Below, piece by piece: positions 10,671 to 21,325 of a stretch of DNA of 64,000 bases (within the stretch, counting starts at the first letter, position 1; every line of letters begins with the position of its first letter). Origin of the DNA: Draconibacterium sp. (GTDB lineage Bacteria > Bacteroidota > Bacteroidia > Bacteroidales > Prolixibacteraceae); assembly GCA_047975435.1 (NCBI GenBank), contig JBKEDN010000292.1, positions 18,513 to 82,512 on the forward strand, given 5' to 3'. A model generated the notes under the pieces. That model had not been told where the DNA came from. It was given only the letters and a program-made list of their open reading frames with translations, and ran no database searches. Both the position numbers and the translations under genes were made by a program.

Positions 10671-13217
10671 TTACTTTACAATTAACTTCTGCTGCATTAT
10701 ACCTTTGTCCGACTTCAGTTTTAAAACATAAACACCTGCTGTGGAAATATAAAACGATCCACGATTGGCTGTTACCGGTACTTCCTGAATTTTATGTCCG
10801 GAAATGTCATACACCAAAATGGACTGATTTTCTTGTTGTGTGCTATTCTCTAATTCCACATAAACGGGCTGATTGGTTTTTGCCGGATTTGGGAAAACCC
10901 TGAGTTGCGCTCCTGATTTTTTTTCATAAACTGCGGTTATTTCGGCAGCAGTGCGAACACAGCGAACCGAAGCATAGTGGCGCGAATTGCGGTTTTTACG
11001 CACCATCGACAAGGAGGAGGCGGTAAAAATCTGGTGGTACCAAACTGAAGAGGGATCAAAAAAGCTGGCCTTATTCCCTTTTTCATCGCCCTGATCGTAA
11101 GCCGATGTATTGATATTGTAAACACCTGCCGGCAAAATATTAAAACCAACCTGTTTCCTCAACTCGTTGGTGCCTTTTGAGCCCAATGCGCCTTTTTGCC
11201 ACAGTCCATCGCTGTCGATATCCTGATCGCCGCCACAAACAAGGCACGAAGCTACCTCATCTTCCGCCAACCCATATTCCGCTTTAATTGCCGCATACAA
11301 GTCAGACCAGTCTTGTTGGTTGGCAGCCCGCCAACCGTCGGGGCACCAATCACTTGCCATTTCGCGCGAAGCATAAGTAACATACATTCTTCCGAAGACT
11401 TCGCCGGTGGGATCTTTCTCGGTTTCGGGATAAATACTCAGCACATTTTTCGGCATGTTTGGATCGGATGGATTGTTGAGCCGCTCGTCAACATAATTCA
11501 GGTTTTCGGTAAACCAGTCGAGTTTGCCGTATTTTTTATAGAAATATGTTTTCCCGTCGCGCGCATCGGTAATGGTTCCGGTAGCGTTCGAATAGTCACA
11601 ATATTTCTTTTTGGCGGCTGCCCAGTCAATGTCAGCAATTTGTGTTACCACATCCGGGGTGGCTTCGCCAATCAACGGTAGCGGGCACCACTCGGGCAAA
11701 GCCTGACCCGTAATTTGTGTCAGTTCGATGGCCGAATGCGGAAGTTCCACCATTTTCCCGGCTTCCATTGCTTTGCTTATTTTCTGGTTTAAAGTCTGGA
11801 TATCGTAATCCGTAGTCAGGCGGATTCCCCACTGATTAAAAAACCCGCGCAAATCGTAACCCGTAATTTTTGAGGCTTTCCAGATCAGGTAAGCCCGTCT
11901 TTCGTTTTCGGTGCCACCGTTGGTGCCTTCTTCGCGGGTTACCCGGTGAAGTTGTTTGTAAAATTCGTCGCCAAAAGCCAGAAACAGCTGCTCCCAGGGC
12001 ATAAAACGCAATTCATTCACATCAAAACCGGTAATTGCTTTTAGCTGCTGGTCATCCATGTCGTAAATGCGTTGTTCCACCGGCAGTTTCAAATACGTAT
12101 TGTGAACTTGCTGCCAACGCTGACTACTGGTGCGGTTATAATCGAGATTACCCTTTTGGTGCTGAATACGGCGTTCTACCACATACGAATAAATATTTAC
12201 GGTTGACTCGGTAGCCTTATTTATTTTGTAAGCATTTTGCTGATGCTGGTGCCCCACCTCGTGGCCAATCATCCACGAGCGATCGTAAATGCCAGTATAA
12301 GTTAAGTAGCGCCAAACATGCCCCGCCGGATAACCGGTGTAACCCGCCGAACTGGCATGCGGATATGGACTTGCATTCTCGGTAAAAAGGTGGCGTACCT
12401 CGCCCGCATGCAAACGGTGGTGTATGGGATTGCTGTCGGCATTATCCAGACCGCTGATTTCATCTTCGGTTTCCAACAGCATGTGCAATGTCTCCATCCA
12501 TTTTTGCTTGTCTTCTTTTACCGACAAGGAAATGGCATTTGCCCGGGTTGCGAGCACCACGGCATAATCGGAATAAAACAGCACATCGGGCGTGGTATAT
12601 TGTTCCAGCATGCTTTCAAATTCGGCTTCGCCGGTAACTCCAAAAACATATTTTGGTGCCCTAACGTGCTCGCTTTCCGCCGCAAACTCAACTTTCACTT
12701 TGCCCTGCGGCTCAAAATCAGCTTTGTGGGTGATGTAACTCAAATAAACCAGACCGCCGCTGTGTTGGGTGCCATCAATTATATTTTTCCCGGTTTTTAG
12801 TTGAAAGTCTTTGGGCGAATTATCAATCATGCCAAGTGTACCAACCGTTAACACCGGCTTTCCGTCTTCTGAAGCGACCAGTTCTTCCACATTAACAACG
12901 AGTTTTTTACCCGGATACACATAAAATCCGGTAGGTTGGCGGTCGTACTTTTTTTGTGCATGTGCCAGCCGGATGCGTTCTTTTTCGGCACTGTTAATTT
13001 GCTTGAGTTCGATGGATGTGGGATAAGGTGTTTCTATTTCAGCAAGCAACAATCCTGCAGATTTAATTTCCTGCACATTTCCGCAGGATTCAGATGGTGA
13101 GGGTCGCCGATTTTCATGTTTGCTGCTTTTGGTTAATATCGTTGGAAGAGCAGCACTGGAAGCATTCCAGCTTATTACCAGTAGTAAAAGGAAGATGAAG
13201 CCCGGTTTCATTTGCAT
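10671..13217 (-). CDS. Secreted M60-like (enhancin-type) zinc metallopeptidase with FISUMP-like domain and T9SS C-terminal sorting domain
   Basis: Signal peptide present. The zinc motif HEVGH sits in WMIGHEVGHQHQQNAY. A FISUMP-like block runs ITDARDGKTYFYKKYGKLDWFTENLNY ... HYASVRCVR. The C-terminal region of about 80 aa (LRVFPNPAKTNQPVYVEL ... VYVLKLKSDKGIMQQKLIVK) is typical of Por/T9SS CTDs. Confidence 0.85.
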   Translation of the reverse strand: MQMKPGFIFLLLLVISWNASSAALPTILTKSSKHENRRPSPSESCGNVQEIKSAGLLLAEIETPYPTSIELKQINSAEKERIRLAHAQKKYDRQPTGFYVYPGKKLVVNVEELVASEDGKPVLTVGTLGMIDNSPKDFQLKTGKNIIDGTQHSGGLVYLSYITHKADFEPQGKVKVEFAAESEHVRAPKYVFGVTGEAEFESMLEQYTTPDVLFYSDYAVVLATRANAISLSVKEDKQKWMETLHMLLETEDEISGLDNADSNPIHHRLHAGEVRHLFTENASPYPHASSAGYTGYPAGHVWRYLTYTGIYDRSWMIGHEVGHQHQQNAYKINKATESTVNIYSYVVERRIQHQKGNLDYNRTSSQRWQQVHNTYLKLPVEQRIYDMDDQQLKAITGFDVNELRFMPWEQLFLAFGDEFYKQLHRVTREEGTNGGTENERRAYLIWKASKITGYDLRGFFNQWGIRLTTDYDIQTLNQKISKAMEAGKMVELPHSAIELTQITGQALPEWCPLPLIGEATPDVVTQIADIDWAAAKKKYCDYSNATGTITDARDGKTYFYKKYGKLDWFTENLNYVDERLNNPSDPNMPKNVLSIYPETEKDPTGEVFGRMYVTYASREMASDWCPDGWRAANQQDWSDLYAAIKAEYGLAEDEVASCLVCGGDQDIDSDGLWQKGALGSKGTNELRKQVGFNILPAGVYNINTSAYDQGDEKGNKASFFDPSSVWYHQIFTASSLSMVRKNRNSRHYASVRCVRTAAEITAVYEKKSGAQLRVFPNPAKTNQPVYVELENSTQQENQSILVYDISGHKIQEVPVTANRGSFYISTAGVYVLKLKSDKGIMQQKLIVK

Positions 13218-13435
13218 AATTTTAGGTTTGATTTGTAATTCAACAAAACAAAGAAACGGGCCTGCCGCGAAAAACGTTTACTCATTTTGGTCAGGGTTTT
13301 ACCCGGCAGAATTAAATGAGAAAAACGAGCGTTTATTTTTCTTCAAAATGCTTATTCCCCGGCTGAATCGGAAGCAAATGCCGGCTGAATACATTCAGTG
13401 TTGAATTTTGAGTTTAACCGGGCTACTGCTTTTTT

Positions 13436-14074
13436 TCAGCAATACGAGCGGATCAGCGCTTTCAGGTTAGCGTAGGTATTATTTAAAACTTCGTTCAGTG
13501 CGCTTGTTTTAAACCAGCGAATTTCGGTAATTCCTTCTTCGGTTTCCGGTAAGCCATCTTCGGCACCTTTATAGTCCATTTCGAACCAGTAAGTTTCCTT
13601 AAAAATCCATTCGCCCTTTGTTTTTTTGTAAGGCGACTGGTACAGGTGAAAAGTTGAAGGCAGTGTTTTTACAATTGAATGCCCTTTTATGCCACATTCT
13701 TCTTCCACCTCGCGCACGGCAGCTTCTTCTGCACGTTCTCCTTTATCGATTTTTCCTTTGGGCAAATCCCACTTTCCATTCCTGAAAATAAAGAGCATCC
13801 GGCCGTTTCGCTTTACAACTCCGCCTGCAGCATCAATATTTAAAAGTGCCGACCGGAAGAAAAGATAGGCCGCTTCGGGATTATCATGTTCTATAACAGC
13901 CTCGCTGTATTCCGATTGCCGCAGTTGATCAAGGAAGGCCAACACCGCTGCACCATCAGTAAAAGCGGGCAAAACAAGGCTTGTTTTATCTAATGTTATC
14001 ATCGCAGGCGAGGAAAACCGAATCCTCTTTTCATTCAAAAAAACTTTATACTTTTGCATCGAACAAAATTGCAT
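13436..14074 (-). CDS. Nudix hydrolase
   Basis: Nudix box GKIDKGERAEEAAVREVEEECGI. An alternative start at ATG 14059 (MQKYKVF) is equally possible. Confidence 0.8.
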   Translation of the reverse strand: MQFCSMQKYKVFLNEKRIRFSSPAMITLDKTSLVLPAFTDGAAVLAFLDQLRQSEYSEAVIEHDNPEAAYLFFRSALLNIDAAGGVVKRNGRMLFIFRNGKWDLPKGKIDKGERAEEAAVREVEEECGIKGHSIVKTLPSTFHLYQSPYKKTKGEWIFKETYWFEMDYKGAEDGLPETEEGITEIRWFKTSALNEVLNNTYANLKALIRSYC

Positions 14075-14079
14075 TTATC

Positions 14080-14712
14080 ATGGATTCAACTCAAATTGAA
14101 GTTACAAAACGACTCTTAGAAATCAACACCATAAAGATACAACCCAACAATCCTTTTACATGGGCTTCAGGCTGGAAATCGCCAATTTATTGCGATAACC
14201 GTAAGATTTTATCTTATCCTGAGACGCGTACTTTCATTCGCGACCAGTTTGTGAATGTGATTCGCGAAAAATATCCTAACGCCGAAGTTATTGCCGGAGT
14301 TGCCACAGGAGCTATCGCAATGGGTGTGTTGGTAGCCGAACAACTGGGATTACCTTTTATTTATGTTCGCTCTTCACCAAAAGGGCACGGTTTGGAAAAC
14401 CTGATTGAAGGCGACCTGAAACCTTTTCAGAAAGTAGTGGTGATTGAAGACCTGGTTTCTACCGGGATCAGTAGTTTAAAAGCTGCCGAAGCTGTAAATA
14501 ATTTTGGGGGCGATGTAGTTGGAATGGTTTCCATTTTTACCTACAATTTCCCGCATGCCAAAGAAAACTTCAAAAAAGCGGGCATCGAACTTACCTCGTT
14601 AAGCCGTTACCAAATTCTTATTGACCTGGCACTTGAAGAAGGAGAGATTACCAAAGACCAGGTTGATTCGCTGATGGAATGGCGTGAAGACCCGGCCAAC
14701 TGGGGGAAATAA
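14080..14712 (+). CDS. pyrE: Orotate phosphoribosyltransferase
   Basis: MDSTQIEVTKRLLEINTIKIQPNNPFTWASGWKSPIYCDNR, with the PRPP-binding loop VVVIEDLVSTGIS. I moved the start to the internal ATG at 14080, because the ORF-track extension overlaps the divergent Nudix gene. Confidence 0.9.
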   Translation: MDSTQIEVTKRLLEINTIKIQPNNPFTWASGWKSPIYCDNRKILSYPETRTFIRDQFVNVIREKYPNAEVIAGVATGAIAMGVLVAEQLGLPFIYVRSSPKGHGLENLIEGDLKPFQKVVVIEDLVSTGISSLKAAEAVNNFGGDVVGMVSIFTYNFPHAKENFKKAGIELTSLSRYQILIDLALEEGEITKDQVDSLMEWREDPANWGK

Positions 14713-14739
14713 TTTAGAACTTTATCACAAACAGATAGG

Positions 14740-14776
14740 TCCCGCTCCGGATAATAATCAGGGCGGGATTTTTTTC
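14740..14776 (+). terminator. Rho-independent terminator candidate after pyrE
   Basis: The stem tcccgc ... gcggga is followed by ttttttt. Confidence 0.5.
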
Positions 14777-14789
14777 AAAAAGCAGACAG

Positions 14790-15239
14790 ATGGGTGTTAA
14801 CAAATACGTAAGCGATGTAAAAACAATTGCACACAACCAGCAAATTGTATTTAATTATTTGTCGAATTTCGAGAACTTGGCAACTTATATGAATTCAGGA
14901 CTGATCGAACGAATCACTGAAAAAGTCCCGCAGATCAAAATCACCGAGTTTCAGTCAGACCATGATTCCTGCAAATTCAACATCACCGGGCTTGGAGTGG
15001 CCGAGATTAAAATTGTTAATCGCGAACCGTTTAAAACCATCAAAATTGAAAGTTCGGGCGGGCTACCGCTTAGTTTTACTTTTTGGATACAACTGATCCC
15101 GGTTGACGAATACAATACAAAAATGCGCCTTACCCTCCACGCCGACATGAGTATGATGATTAAAATGATGGTGGGCAACAAACTGGAAGAAGGGCTGAAT
15201 AACCTGGCTGACACACTTACCAGGCTACCTTATCAGTAG
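14790..15239 (+). CDS. Hypothetical protein, possibly SRPBCC-fold
   Basis: Clean 149-aa ORF in a housekeeping block. The fold assignment is only an impression from length and pattern. Confidence 0.45.
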   Translation: MGVNKYVSDVKTIAHNQQIVFNYLSNFENLATYMNSGLIERITEKVPQIKITEFQSDHDSCKFNITGLGVAEIKIVNREPFKTIKIESSGGLPLSFTFWIQLIPVDEYNTKMRLTLHADMSMMIKMMVGNKLEEGLNNLADTLTRLPYQ

Positions 15240-15368
15240 GAAGTTGGCAGTTTAGAAATGGGACAATGAATAAAAAACAACATAAACTTGACGCTTGTGG
15301 CTTGAAGCTAGTGGTTCACAGCGAATAACCTTTGTGTCTTTTAGTCTTCGTGTTCAATCGCAGTACCC

Positions 15369-16109
15369 CTAAAAAATATACTCCACTTCCTTAAACATGT
15401 ATTCTGTTATTTTCCCGGAGCGGCCTTCCAGTTGAAGTTGTCCAAATTCGCCAACTCCGGTAATTCTGGCATCAAAAACCTGATTAGATTTCCGGAAGTT
15501 TCTCCATTGGTTAAAACCAAAGAGATGATTCAGATAAGCCGAATCAATTTGCTGAAACTGTTCAGTTTGCAGCAACTGATACCATTTTCGGAAATAATTG
15601 AGGAATGCCTTTAATACATCCTGCGTATTATACAATTTTCCGTTAAGCTGCTGTAGCGAAACAGGATTTGGCGCATTGGATTGAAACTCCAACTGGTTCA
15701 GATTTAGCCCGATTCCGATAATCGAAAAATCGAGTGTTGAACCTTTTATCGAATTCTCAATGAGGATTCCGGCAACTTTTCGGTTCCCGATATAAATATC
15801 ATTGGGCCATTTTATTGAAACATTATCCACTTCAGCTTGTAAAAGCTCCAGTAATGAAAGGCTCACAATTTTTGAAACCAGAAACTGCCGCGCGGCATCT
15901 AAAAAAGTAGGATAAAGAATCACGCTGGTAAGCAGGTTCTTTTCTGCCTCACTTTCCCAGAAATTGCCAGGTTGACCCTTGCCCCGGGTCTGGAAATGTG
16001 CCAAAACGACAGTGCCATTTTCGGCCCCGTCAGAAACAAGTTGCTTGGCATAGTTGTTGGTACTGTCAACCTCGTCCAAAATGATGATATTTCGACCCGT
16101 TAAAAACAT
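15369..16109 (-). CDS. birA: Biotin-[acetyl-CoA-carboxylase] ligase
   Basis: Motifs GRNIIILDEVDSTNNY, QTRGKGQPGNFWES and KWPNDIYIGNRKVAGILIE. I trimmed the start to ATG 16109, because the ORF-track extension overlaps rsfS. Confidence 0.85.
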   Translation of the reverse strand: MFLTGRNIIILDEVDSTNNYAKQLVSDGAENGTVVLAHFQTRGKGQPGNFWESEAEKNLLTSVILYPTFLDAARQFLVSKIVSLSLLELLQAEVDNVSIKWPNDIYIGNRKVAGILIENSIKGSTLDFSIIGIGLNLNQLEFQSNAPNPVSLQQLNGKLYNTQDVLKAFLNYFRKWYQLLQTEQFQQIDSAYLNHLFGFNQWRNFRKSNQVFDARITGVGEFGQLQLEGRSGKITEYMFKEVEYIF

Positions 16110-16190
16110 TTGAAAATCAAAAGTAAACCATTCTTTCAAAAAATGGTTAATGGACAAAAAGATTATCTTTGTAGAGTTCAAGAATAATTT

Positions 16191-16559
16191 ATGAAGCAAA
16201 AAAAAGCAGAGACAGATAAACTTATTGAAGCAATCCTTGAAGGGATACAACGTTTAAAAGGTAAAAAAATAACAATCATCGACTTAGAAAGCATCAACCA
16301 CACCGAGTGTAGTTCTTTTATAATTTGTCACGGTACATCTTCAACACATGTTGATTCCATTGCTCATTCGGTGGAAGATACTGTTAAGGAAACTTTGGGT
16401 GAAGATGTTTGGCACAGGGATGGCTACCGGAATGCCATTTGGGTGTTACTGGATTATGGCGATGTGATGGTACATGTTTTTCAGGAAGAATCCCGTCAGT
16501 TTTATAACCTGGAGGGCCTTTGGGCCGATGCAAAATCAAGAACAATTGAAGAAGATTAA
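16191..16559 (+). CDS. rsfS: Ribosome silencing factor RsfS
   Basis: The 122-aa product carries FIICHGTSSTHVDSIAHSVED and WVLLDYGDVMVHVFQEESRQFYNLEGLW. Confidence 0.85.
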   Translation: MKQKKAETDKLIEAILEGIQRLKGKKITIIDLESINHTECSSFIICHGTSSTHVDSIAHSVEDTVKETLGEDVWHRDGYRNAIWVLLDYGDVMVHVFQEESRQFYNLEGLWADAKSRTIEED

Positions 16560-16568
16560 TTACGAATC

Positions 16569-18644
16569 ATGGCAGAAAACAATCAGAATAACAATCAAAA
16601 ACAACAAAACGGGAAGGATAATCCTTTCGGACGTCTGACTCCCAATAAAAAAGGCGATGGTAAACCGCCAAAATTTAATGCATACTGGATTTACGGGATT
16701 ATTGCAATCGTATTTCTGCTTGTTCAGTATTACATTAGTTACAGTCATGGCCCGGTTGACACCAATTGGGGCGATGTAAAACAGATGATTGAAAACGGTG
16801 ATGTAGAGAAAATTGAGGTAATCAACGAAAAAGATGCCAATGTTTATATTAAAAAAGACCGTTTAAAAAACTACGAAGACAAGTTTCAGGGTAATTTTTC
16901 GAGCCCCGCAGAAACAGGGCCGCACTTTACGTTTAAAACAGGCCCGATCGAGAAATTTGCTACCGACCTGGCAAATGCACAGGAAGGAAAACCGGATGAA
17001 ATTTTACCATCTTATAAAGATGAAAATAACTGGATACGTGACATTCTTCTTTCATTCGGGCCGTTCATTATCATTATTCTACTGTGGTGGTGGATTTTCC
17101 GCCGGATGAGCCGAGGTGGAGCAGGTGGCGGTGCCGGAGGTATTTTCAACGTAGGAAAGTCGCAGGCCAAAATATTTGACAAAGACCAACGTGTTTCCAC
17201 CACATTTAAAGATGTTGCCGGTTTGGCAGAAGCCAAGCAGGAAGTAGAAGAAATTGTCGAGTTCCTGAAAAATCCGTCAAAATATACCAAACTGGGAGGT
17301 AAAATTCCCAAAGGTGCTTTGCTGGTGGGCCCTCCCGGAACCGGGAAAACCCTGCTTGCCAAAGCTGTTGCCGGCGAGGCTAACGTACCTTTTTTCTCGA
17401 TGTCGGGTTCCGACTTTGTTGAAATGTTCGTAGGTGTTGGAGCATCGCGTGTGCGCGACCTCTTTAAACAAGCCAAGGAAAAAGCACCTTGTATCGTATT
17501 CATCGATGAGATTGATGCCATTGGCCGTGCGCGGGGAAGAAACCCAAATATGGGATCGAACGATGAGCGCGAAAATACCCTGAACCAGCTGTTGACCGAA
17601 ATGGATGGTTTTGATACCAACAGCGGGGTTATTATTCTGGCAGCCACCAACCGTGCCGATATTCTTGACCGTGCCTTGATGCGTGCCGGACGTTTCGACC
17701 GTCAGATACATGTGGAACTGCCCGATTTGAATGAACGCAGTGAGATTTTTAAAGTACACCTGCGTCCGTTAAAACTGAATGAAGACGTAAAAGTTGATTT
17801 TCTGGCCAAGCAAACTCCAGGATTCTCGGGTGCTGATATTGCCAATGTTTGTAACGAAGCCGCATTGATTGCTGCCCGTAAAAACAGGGATGCAGTTACC
17901 AAACAGGATTTTCTGGATGCGGTGGATCGTATTATTGGCGGGCTGGAGAAAAAGAATAAAATTATTTCGCAGGAAGAAAAGAAAACCATTGCTTACCACG
18001 AGGCAGGGCATGCTACCATTAGCTGGCTGCTGGAATATGCACATCCGCTGGTAAAAGTTACCATAGTTCCGCGTGGGAAAGCGCTTGGCGCCGCCTGGTA
18101 CCTGCCCGAAGAAAGATCAATTACCACAAAAGAACAGCTTTTGGATGAAATGTCTTCTGCATTGGGAGGCCGTGCTGCCGAAGAAATTGTTTTTGGAAAA
18201 ATTTCATCCGGAGCACAGAATGACCTGGAAAAAGTAACCAAGCAGGCTTATGCCATGGTAAGTATTTTTGGGATGAGTGAGAAAGTTGGAAATGTAAGTT
18301 ACTACGATTCCACCGGACAATCGGATTACTCGTTTACAAAACCTTACAGCGAAAAAACTGCTGAACTGATCGATGAAGAAGTAAAAATCCTGATCGACAG
18401 TCAATACGAAAGAGCAAAACAAGTGCTGCGTGATCATGCAGAAGGACATACCAAACTGGCTAACTTACTGCTTGAGCGCGAAGTTATTTTCAGCGAAGAC
18501 CTGGAAGAAATATTTGGGAAACGTCCGTGGGAAAAGAAACACCTGATTGGAGACAACGGTAACGGCGATACTAAAACGCCGGAGGTTTCCATCGACGAAC
18601 CCAAAACGGTACAGGATTCGGAAAAAGAAACATTACCGGAATAG
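16569..18644 (+). CDS. ftsH: ATP-dependent zinc metalloprotease FtsH
   Basis: Two N-terminal TM segments, Walker A GPPGTGKT, Walker [10 protein letters not shown], and the zinc motif HEAGHA. Confidence 0.95.
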   Translation: MAENNQNNNQKQQNGKDNPFGRLTPNKKGDGKPPKFNAYWIYGIIAIVFLLVQYYISYSHGPVDTNWGDVKQMIENGDVEKIEVINEKDANVYIKKDRLKNYEDKFQGNFSSPAETGPHFTFKTGPIEKFATDLANAQEGKPDEILPSYKDENNWIRDILLSFGPFIIIILLWWWIFRRMSRGGAGGGAGGIFNVGKSQAKIFDKDQRVSTTFKDVAGLAEAKQEVEEIVEFLKNPSKYTKLGGKIPKGALLVGPPGTGKTLLAKAVAGEANVPFFSMSGSDFVEMFVGVGASRVRDLFKQAKEKAPCIVFIDEIDAIGRARGRNPNMGSNDERENTLNQLLTEMDGFDTNSGVIILAATNRADILDRALMRAGRFDRQIHVELPDLNERSEIFKVHLRPLKLNEDVKVDFLAKQTPGFSGADIANVCNEAALIAARKNRDAVTKQDFLDAVDRIIGGLEKKNKIISQEEKKTIAYHEAGHATISWLLEYAHPLVKVTIVPRGKALGAAWYLPEERSITTKEQLLDEMSSALGGRAAEEIVFGKISSGAQNDLEKVTKQAYAMVSIFGMSEKVGNVSYYDSTGQSDYSFTKPYSEKTAELIDEEVKILIDSQYERAKQVLRDHAEGHTKLANLLLEREVIFSEDLEEIFGKRPWEKKHLIGDNGNGDTKTPEVSIDEPKTVQDSEKETLPE

Positions 18645-18645
18645 A

Positions 18646-19263
18646 ATGACTTCGGCCCGGGAGGAAATATTAAAGCGGCTAAAACAAGCCACTCATCCGC
18701 AACCGGACGAAATACCTGATTTTGACACTCCCGTTTATTTTCCCATCGGTCAGCCGTTGGAACTGGCTTTCAAAGAAAACCTGGAGAAAATAAGCGGGAA
18801 TGTTTTTTTATGTGCATCTGAAAAAGAACTGTTCAGCCAACTCAAAAGACTGCTGGAAAGCTTCTCTCCGGAGAAAGTCTATTGCAACGAAACTGCACTT
18901 CAGAAAAGCTTGCAAGAAAATGAAATTAATTTTTCGTCTGCCCCCGAACTGCCATCTGATTTAGAGGCAGGAATCACCAGTTGCGAATTTCTAATCGCTC
19001 ACACCGGATCAGTAATGGTGAGCTCGGCCATCGAAGGCGGCCGCCAAATGTTTGTTTTTCCACCGGTCCACATTGTTATTGCGCAAAAGAATCAGCTGGT
19101 TGCATACCTCGGTGAAGCATATTCCGGCATACAAAAAAAATACAAGGACCAATTACCATCACACATTGCATCAATAACCGGGGCTAGCCGCACTGCCGAC
19201 ATCGAAAAAACACTGGTAATGGGCGCACACGGGCCGCGAGCCATCTACGTGTTTGTGGTTTAA
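18646..19263 (+). CDS. LUD-domain (LutC/YkgG-like) protein
   Basis: The start ATG at 18646 lies 1 nt after the ftsH stop. The product begins MTSAREEILKRLKQA. The family call is by eye. Confidence 0.6.
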   Translation: MTSAREEILKRLKQATHPQPDEIPDFDTPVYFPIGQPLELAFKENLEKISGNVFLCASEKELFSQLKRLLESFSPEKVYCNETALQKSLQENEINFSSAPELPSDLEAGITSCEFLIAHTGSVMVSSAIEGGRQMFVFPPVHIVIAQKNQLVAYLGEAYSGIQKKYKDQLPSHIASITGASRTADIEKTLVMGAHGPRAIYVFVV

Positions 19264-19308
19264 TCGATGCATTTATCCTGCATTGCCATATTTTCTTAAC
19301 TTTACGCC

Positions 19309-19521
19309 ATGGAAAAAGGATGGACTCAAGTTTATATGACGGCTGTTGAATACGAAGCTGAAATGGCCAAAGATATTTTGTCCAATGCCGGAATTCAATC
19401 CGTTATACTCAATCAACACGATACAGCTTATCAGTCATTTGGAGAGCTCAAACTATTTGTTTCAGAAAGAGATTATGAAAAGGCTGTTGAGTTGCTCAAA
19501 AATCTAAAGGAAGGTGAGTAA
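19309..19521 (+). CDS. Small DUF2007-like protein
   Basis: 70-aa ORF with compact spacing ahead of cdsA. The family call is tentative. Confidence 0.5.
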   Translation: MEKGWTQVYMTAVEYEAEMAKDILSNAGIQSVILNQHDTAYQSFGELKLFVSERDYEKAVELLKNLKEGE

Positions 19522-20344
19522 TTTAACAATACGATCGATATGGGGGCTAATCTATGTAATTGTTATGATGGGCGGTCTCTTGTTTCACCCCATCGCATTT
19601 GCGGTAGTGTTCGGAACACTTTTATTCTTCACACAATATGAATTTTATGCAATGGTGGAAGGCGCCGGTCATAAAATATCAAGGCTCCCCGGTACATTAA
19701 TGGGTGTTACCTATTTTCTGGTTTGTTTTGGAGTAGCCAATACCGTTCTCCCCAAATCTTTGGTTTTCATTTGTGTCCCTATTATTCTTTTAATGTTTAT
19801 CATTGAGCTGTTTCGCAGTAACCAGAATACTTTGGAACGCAGCGGACTTACCATCCTGGGTTTTATTTACATCGCCGTTCCATTCTCGCTTATAAATTTT
19901 ATTGTCAGCAGTTCGATAAACGGACAGCCCAACATTTATTACCCATGGATTATGGCCGGCATTTTCCTTATCATGTGGACAAATGATTCCTTTGCCTACC
20001 TGATAGGAACACAGTTTGGGAAACACAAAATGTGCACAAGAATATCACCTGCCAAGTCGTGGGAAGGACTAATCGGCGGTGCAGTTTTTGGCATTGTTAT
20101 GGGAATTCTGAATTCCGTTATGTTTCAGGCAGTAGATATGCTAAACTGGATTATTATTGCTGTTTTGACGGTTGGGTTTGGGACATTGGGTGATCTCTTT
20201 GAATCAAAAATAAAACGCGAAATAGGGGTGAAAGATTCGGGAAATATTCTGCCCGGACACGGAGGTTTTCTCGATCGGCTCGACAGCCTGCTTTTTGCAA
20301 TCCCAGCCGTATTTATCTGGTTAATGCTTTCAGGAAACTTTTAA
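19514..20344 (+). CDS. cdsA: Phosphatidate cytidylyltransferase
   Basis: Motifs SWEGLIGG and GDLFESKIKREIGVKDSGNILPGHGGFLDRLDS. The GTG start overlaps the previous ORF by 8 nt. Confidence 0.88.
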   Translation: MSNLTIRSIWGLIYVIVMMGGLLFHPIAFAVVFGTLLFFTQYEFYAMVEGAGHKISRLPGTLMGVTYFLVCFGVANTVLPKSLVFICVPIILLMFIIELFRSNQNTLERSGLTILGFIYIAVPFSLINFIVSSSINGQPNIYYPWIMAGIFLIMWTNDSFAYLIGTQFGKHKMCTRISPAKSWEGLIGGAVFGIVMGILNSVMFQAVDMLNWIIIAVLTVGFGTLGDLFESKIKREIGVKDSGNILPGHGGFLDRLDSLLFAIPAVFIWLMLSGNF

Positions 20345-20347
20345 AAC

Positions 20348-21094
20348 ATGCGAACCATTATTCGACAAATACCCAATGTTATTACATTGATGAACCTGTC
20401 TTCGGGAGTTCTAGCCACCATTTTTGCGATCGACGGACACCTGATCTGGGCCGGAATTTTTATCTGTCTTGCTTCGGTTTTCGATTTTATGGATGGTTTT
20501 GCAGCACGGCTTTTAAAGGCTTATTCTGAAACGGGCAAAGAGCTCGACTCTTTATCTGATGTGGTTTCGTTTGGCGTAGCGCCCGGAGCGATTCTTTTTA
20601 CACTGCTCGAATTTTCACTTTTCGGGAAAAACCAAGCCATTTATGAAATCAGTGCAAGCTGGTACCAGTGGATCATTCTTTTTTCAGCACTGTTGCTTCC
20701 CATCTTTGGCGCCATTCGTTTGGCACGGTTTAATGTTCTCTCAAGCGACGAACCCTTTTTTCGCGGCTTGCCCATCCCTTCCAACGGAATTTTTTGGGCT
20801 TCGCTGGGATTGATGCTTGAATTCCCGAAATACCACGAGTATTTCGAAATGATATATTCTACAAAAAACCTGGTAATACTGGGGCTTTTTATGGCAGGGA
20901 TGATGGTAATTAACCTGCCAATGTTCTCGCTCAAAATGAAAAACCTGAAATGGAGTTATAACTGGTACCGTTATGTTTTTGTTCTACTGGCGGCTGTCCT
21001 CTTAATTGCATTTAACGTATATGGGCTGGCATTAACCATTCTTCTTTACATTTTACTGAATGTGATCTTCTATCTTTTCAAAGTTGAGTTTTAA
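20348..21094 (+). CDS. pssA: CDP-diacylglycerol--serine O-phosphatidyltransferase
   Basis: DGFAARLLKAYSETGKELDSLSDVVSFGVAP matches the CDP-alcohol phosphatidyltransferase pattern D-G-x2-A-R-x8-G-x3-D-x3-D. The protein is multi-TM. Confidence 0.85.
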   Translation: MRTIIRQIPNVITLMNLSSGVLATIFAIDGHLIWAGIFICLASVFDFMDGFAARLLKAYSETGKELDSLSDVVSFGVAPGAILFTLLEFSLFGKNQAIYEISASWYQWIILFSALLLPIFGAIRLARFNVLSSDEPFFRGLPIPSNGIFWASLGLMLEFPKYHEYFEMIYSTKNLVILGLFMAGMMVINLPMFSLKMKNLKWSYNWYRYVFVLLAAVLLIAFNVYGLALTILLYILLNVIFYLFKVEF

Positions 21095-21125
21095 GGCCGA
21101 CAGGCTTATTCTTTGTTGATTTTCA

Positions 21126-21229
21126 GAAAAAGAAAAAGCCTCTGAAAACGGAAGAAATATTTTCCCGAGGGAAAGATTAATAATACGCCATGACAAATTG
21201 ACTTCCGAAACCAGAGGCTAGTATTTTTA
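21126..21229. terminator. Long compound hairpin between convergent genes (bidirectional terminator candidate)
   Basis: gcctctgaaaacggaag (21138-21154) pairs with cttccgaaaccagaggc (21202-21218) and encloses a small hairpin, tttccc-gag-ggaaa. T-rich runs flank it on both strands. Confidence 0.4.
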
Positions 21230-21325
21230 TACAATACGCTTAAATAAGCGCCATTTTCAGCACTTGTACATTAGTTAACAACAAAGGGGAAAAGTTGTTT
21301 TTAAATCAGAAAATAAATTGATTTT

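Noticed and set aside
13981-14079. N-terminal extension of pyrE from the ORF track. The same applies to the upstream extensions of birA (16110-16250), the LUD protein (18547-18645), the sigma-54 activator (22490-22558), psrA (35529-35570), the ABC-2 permease (40681-40737) and TolC (51259-51294).
   Set aside because: The extensions overlap neighbouring genes or lack homology-like sequence. Internal ATGs give the canonical N-termini, signal peptides or Tat motifs.
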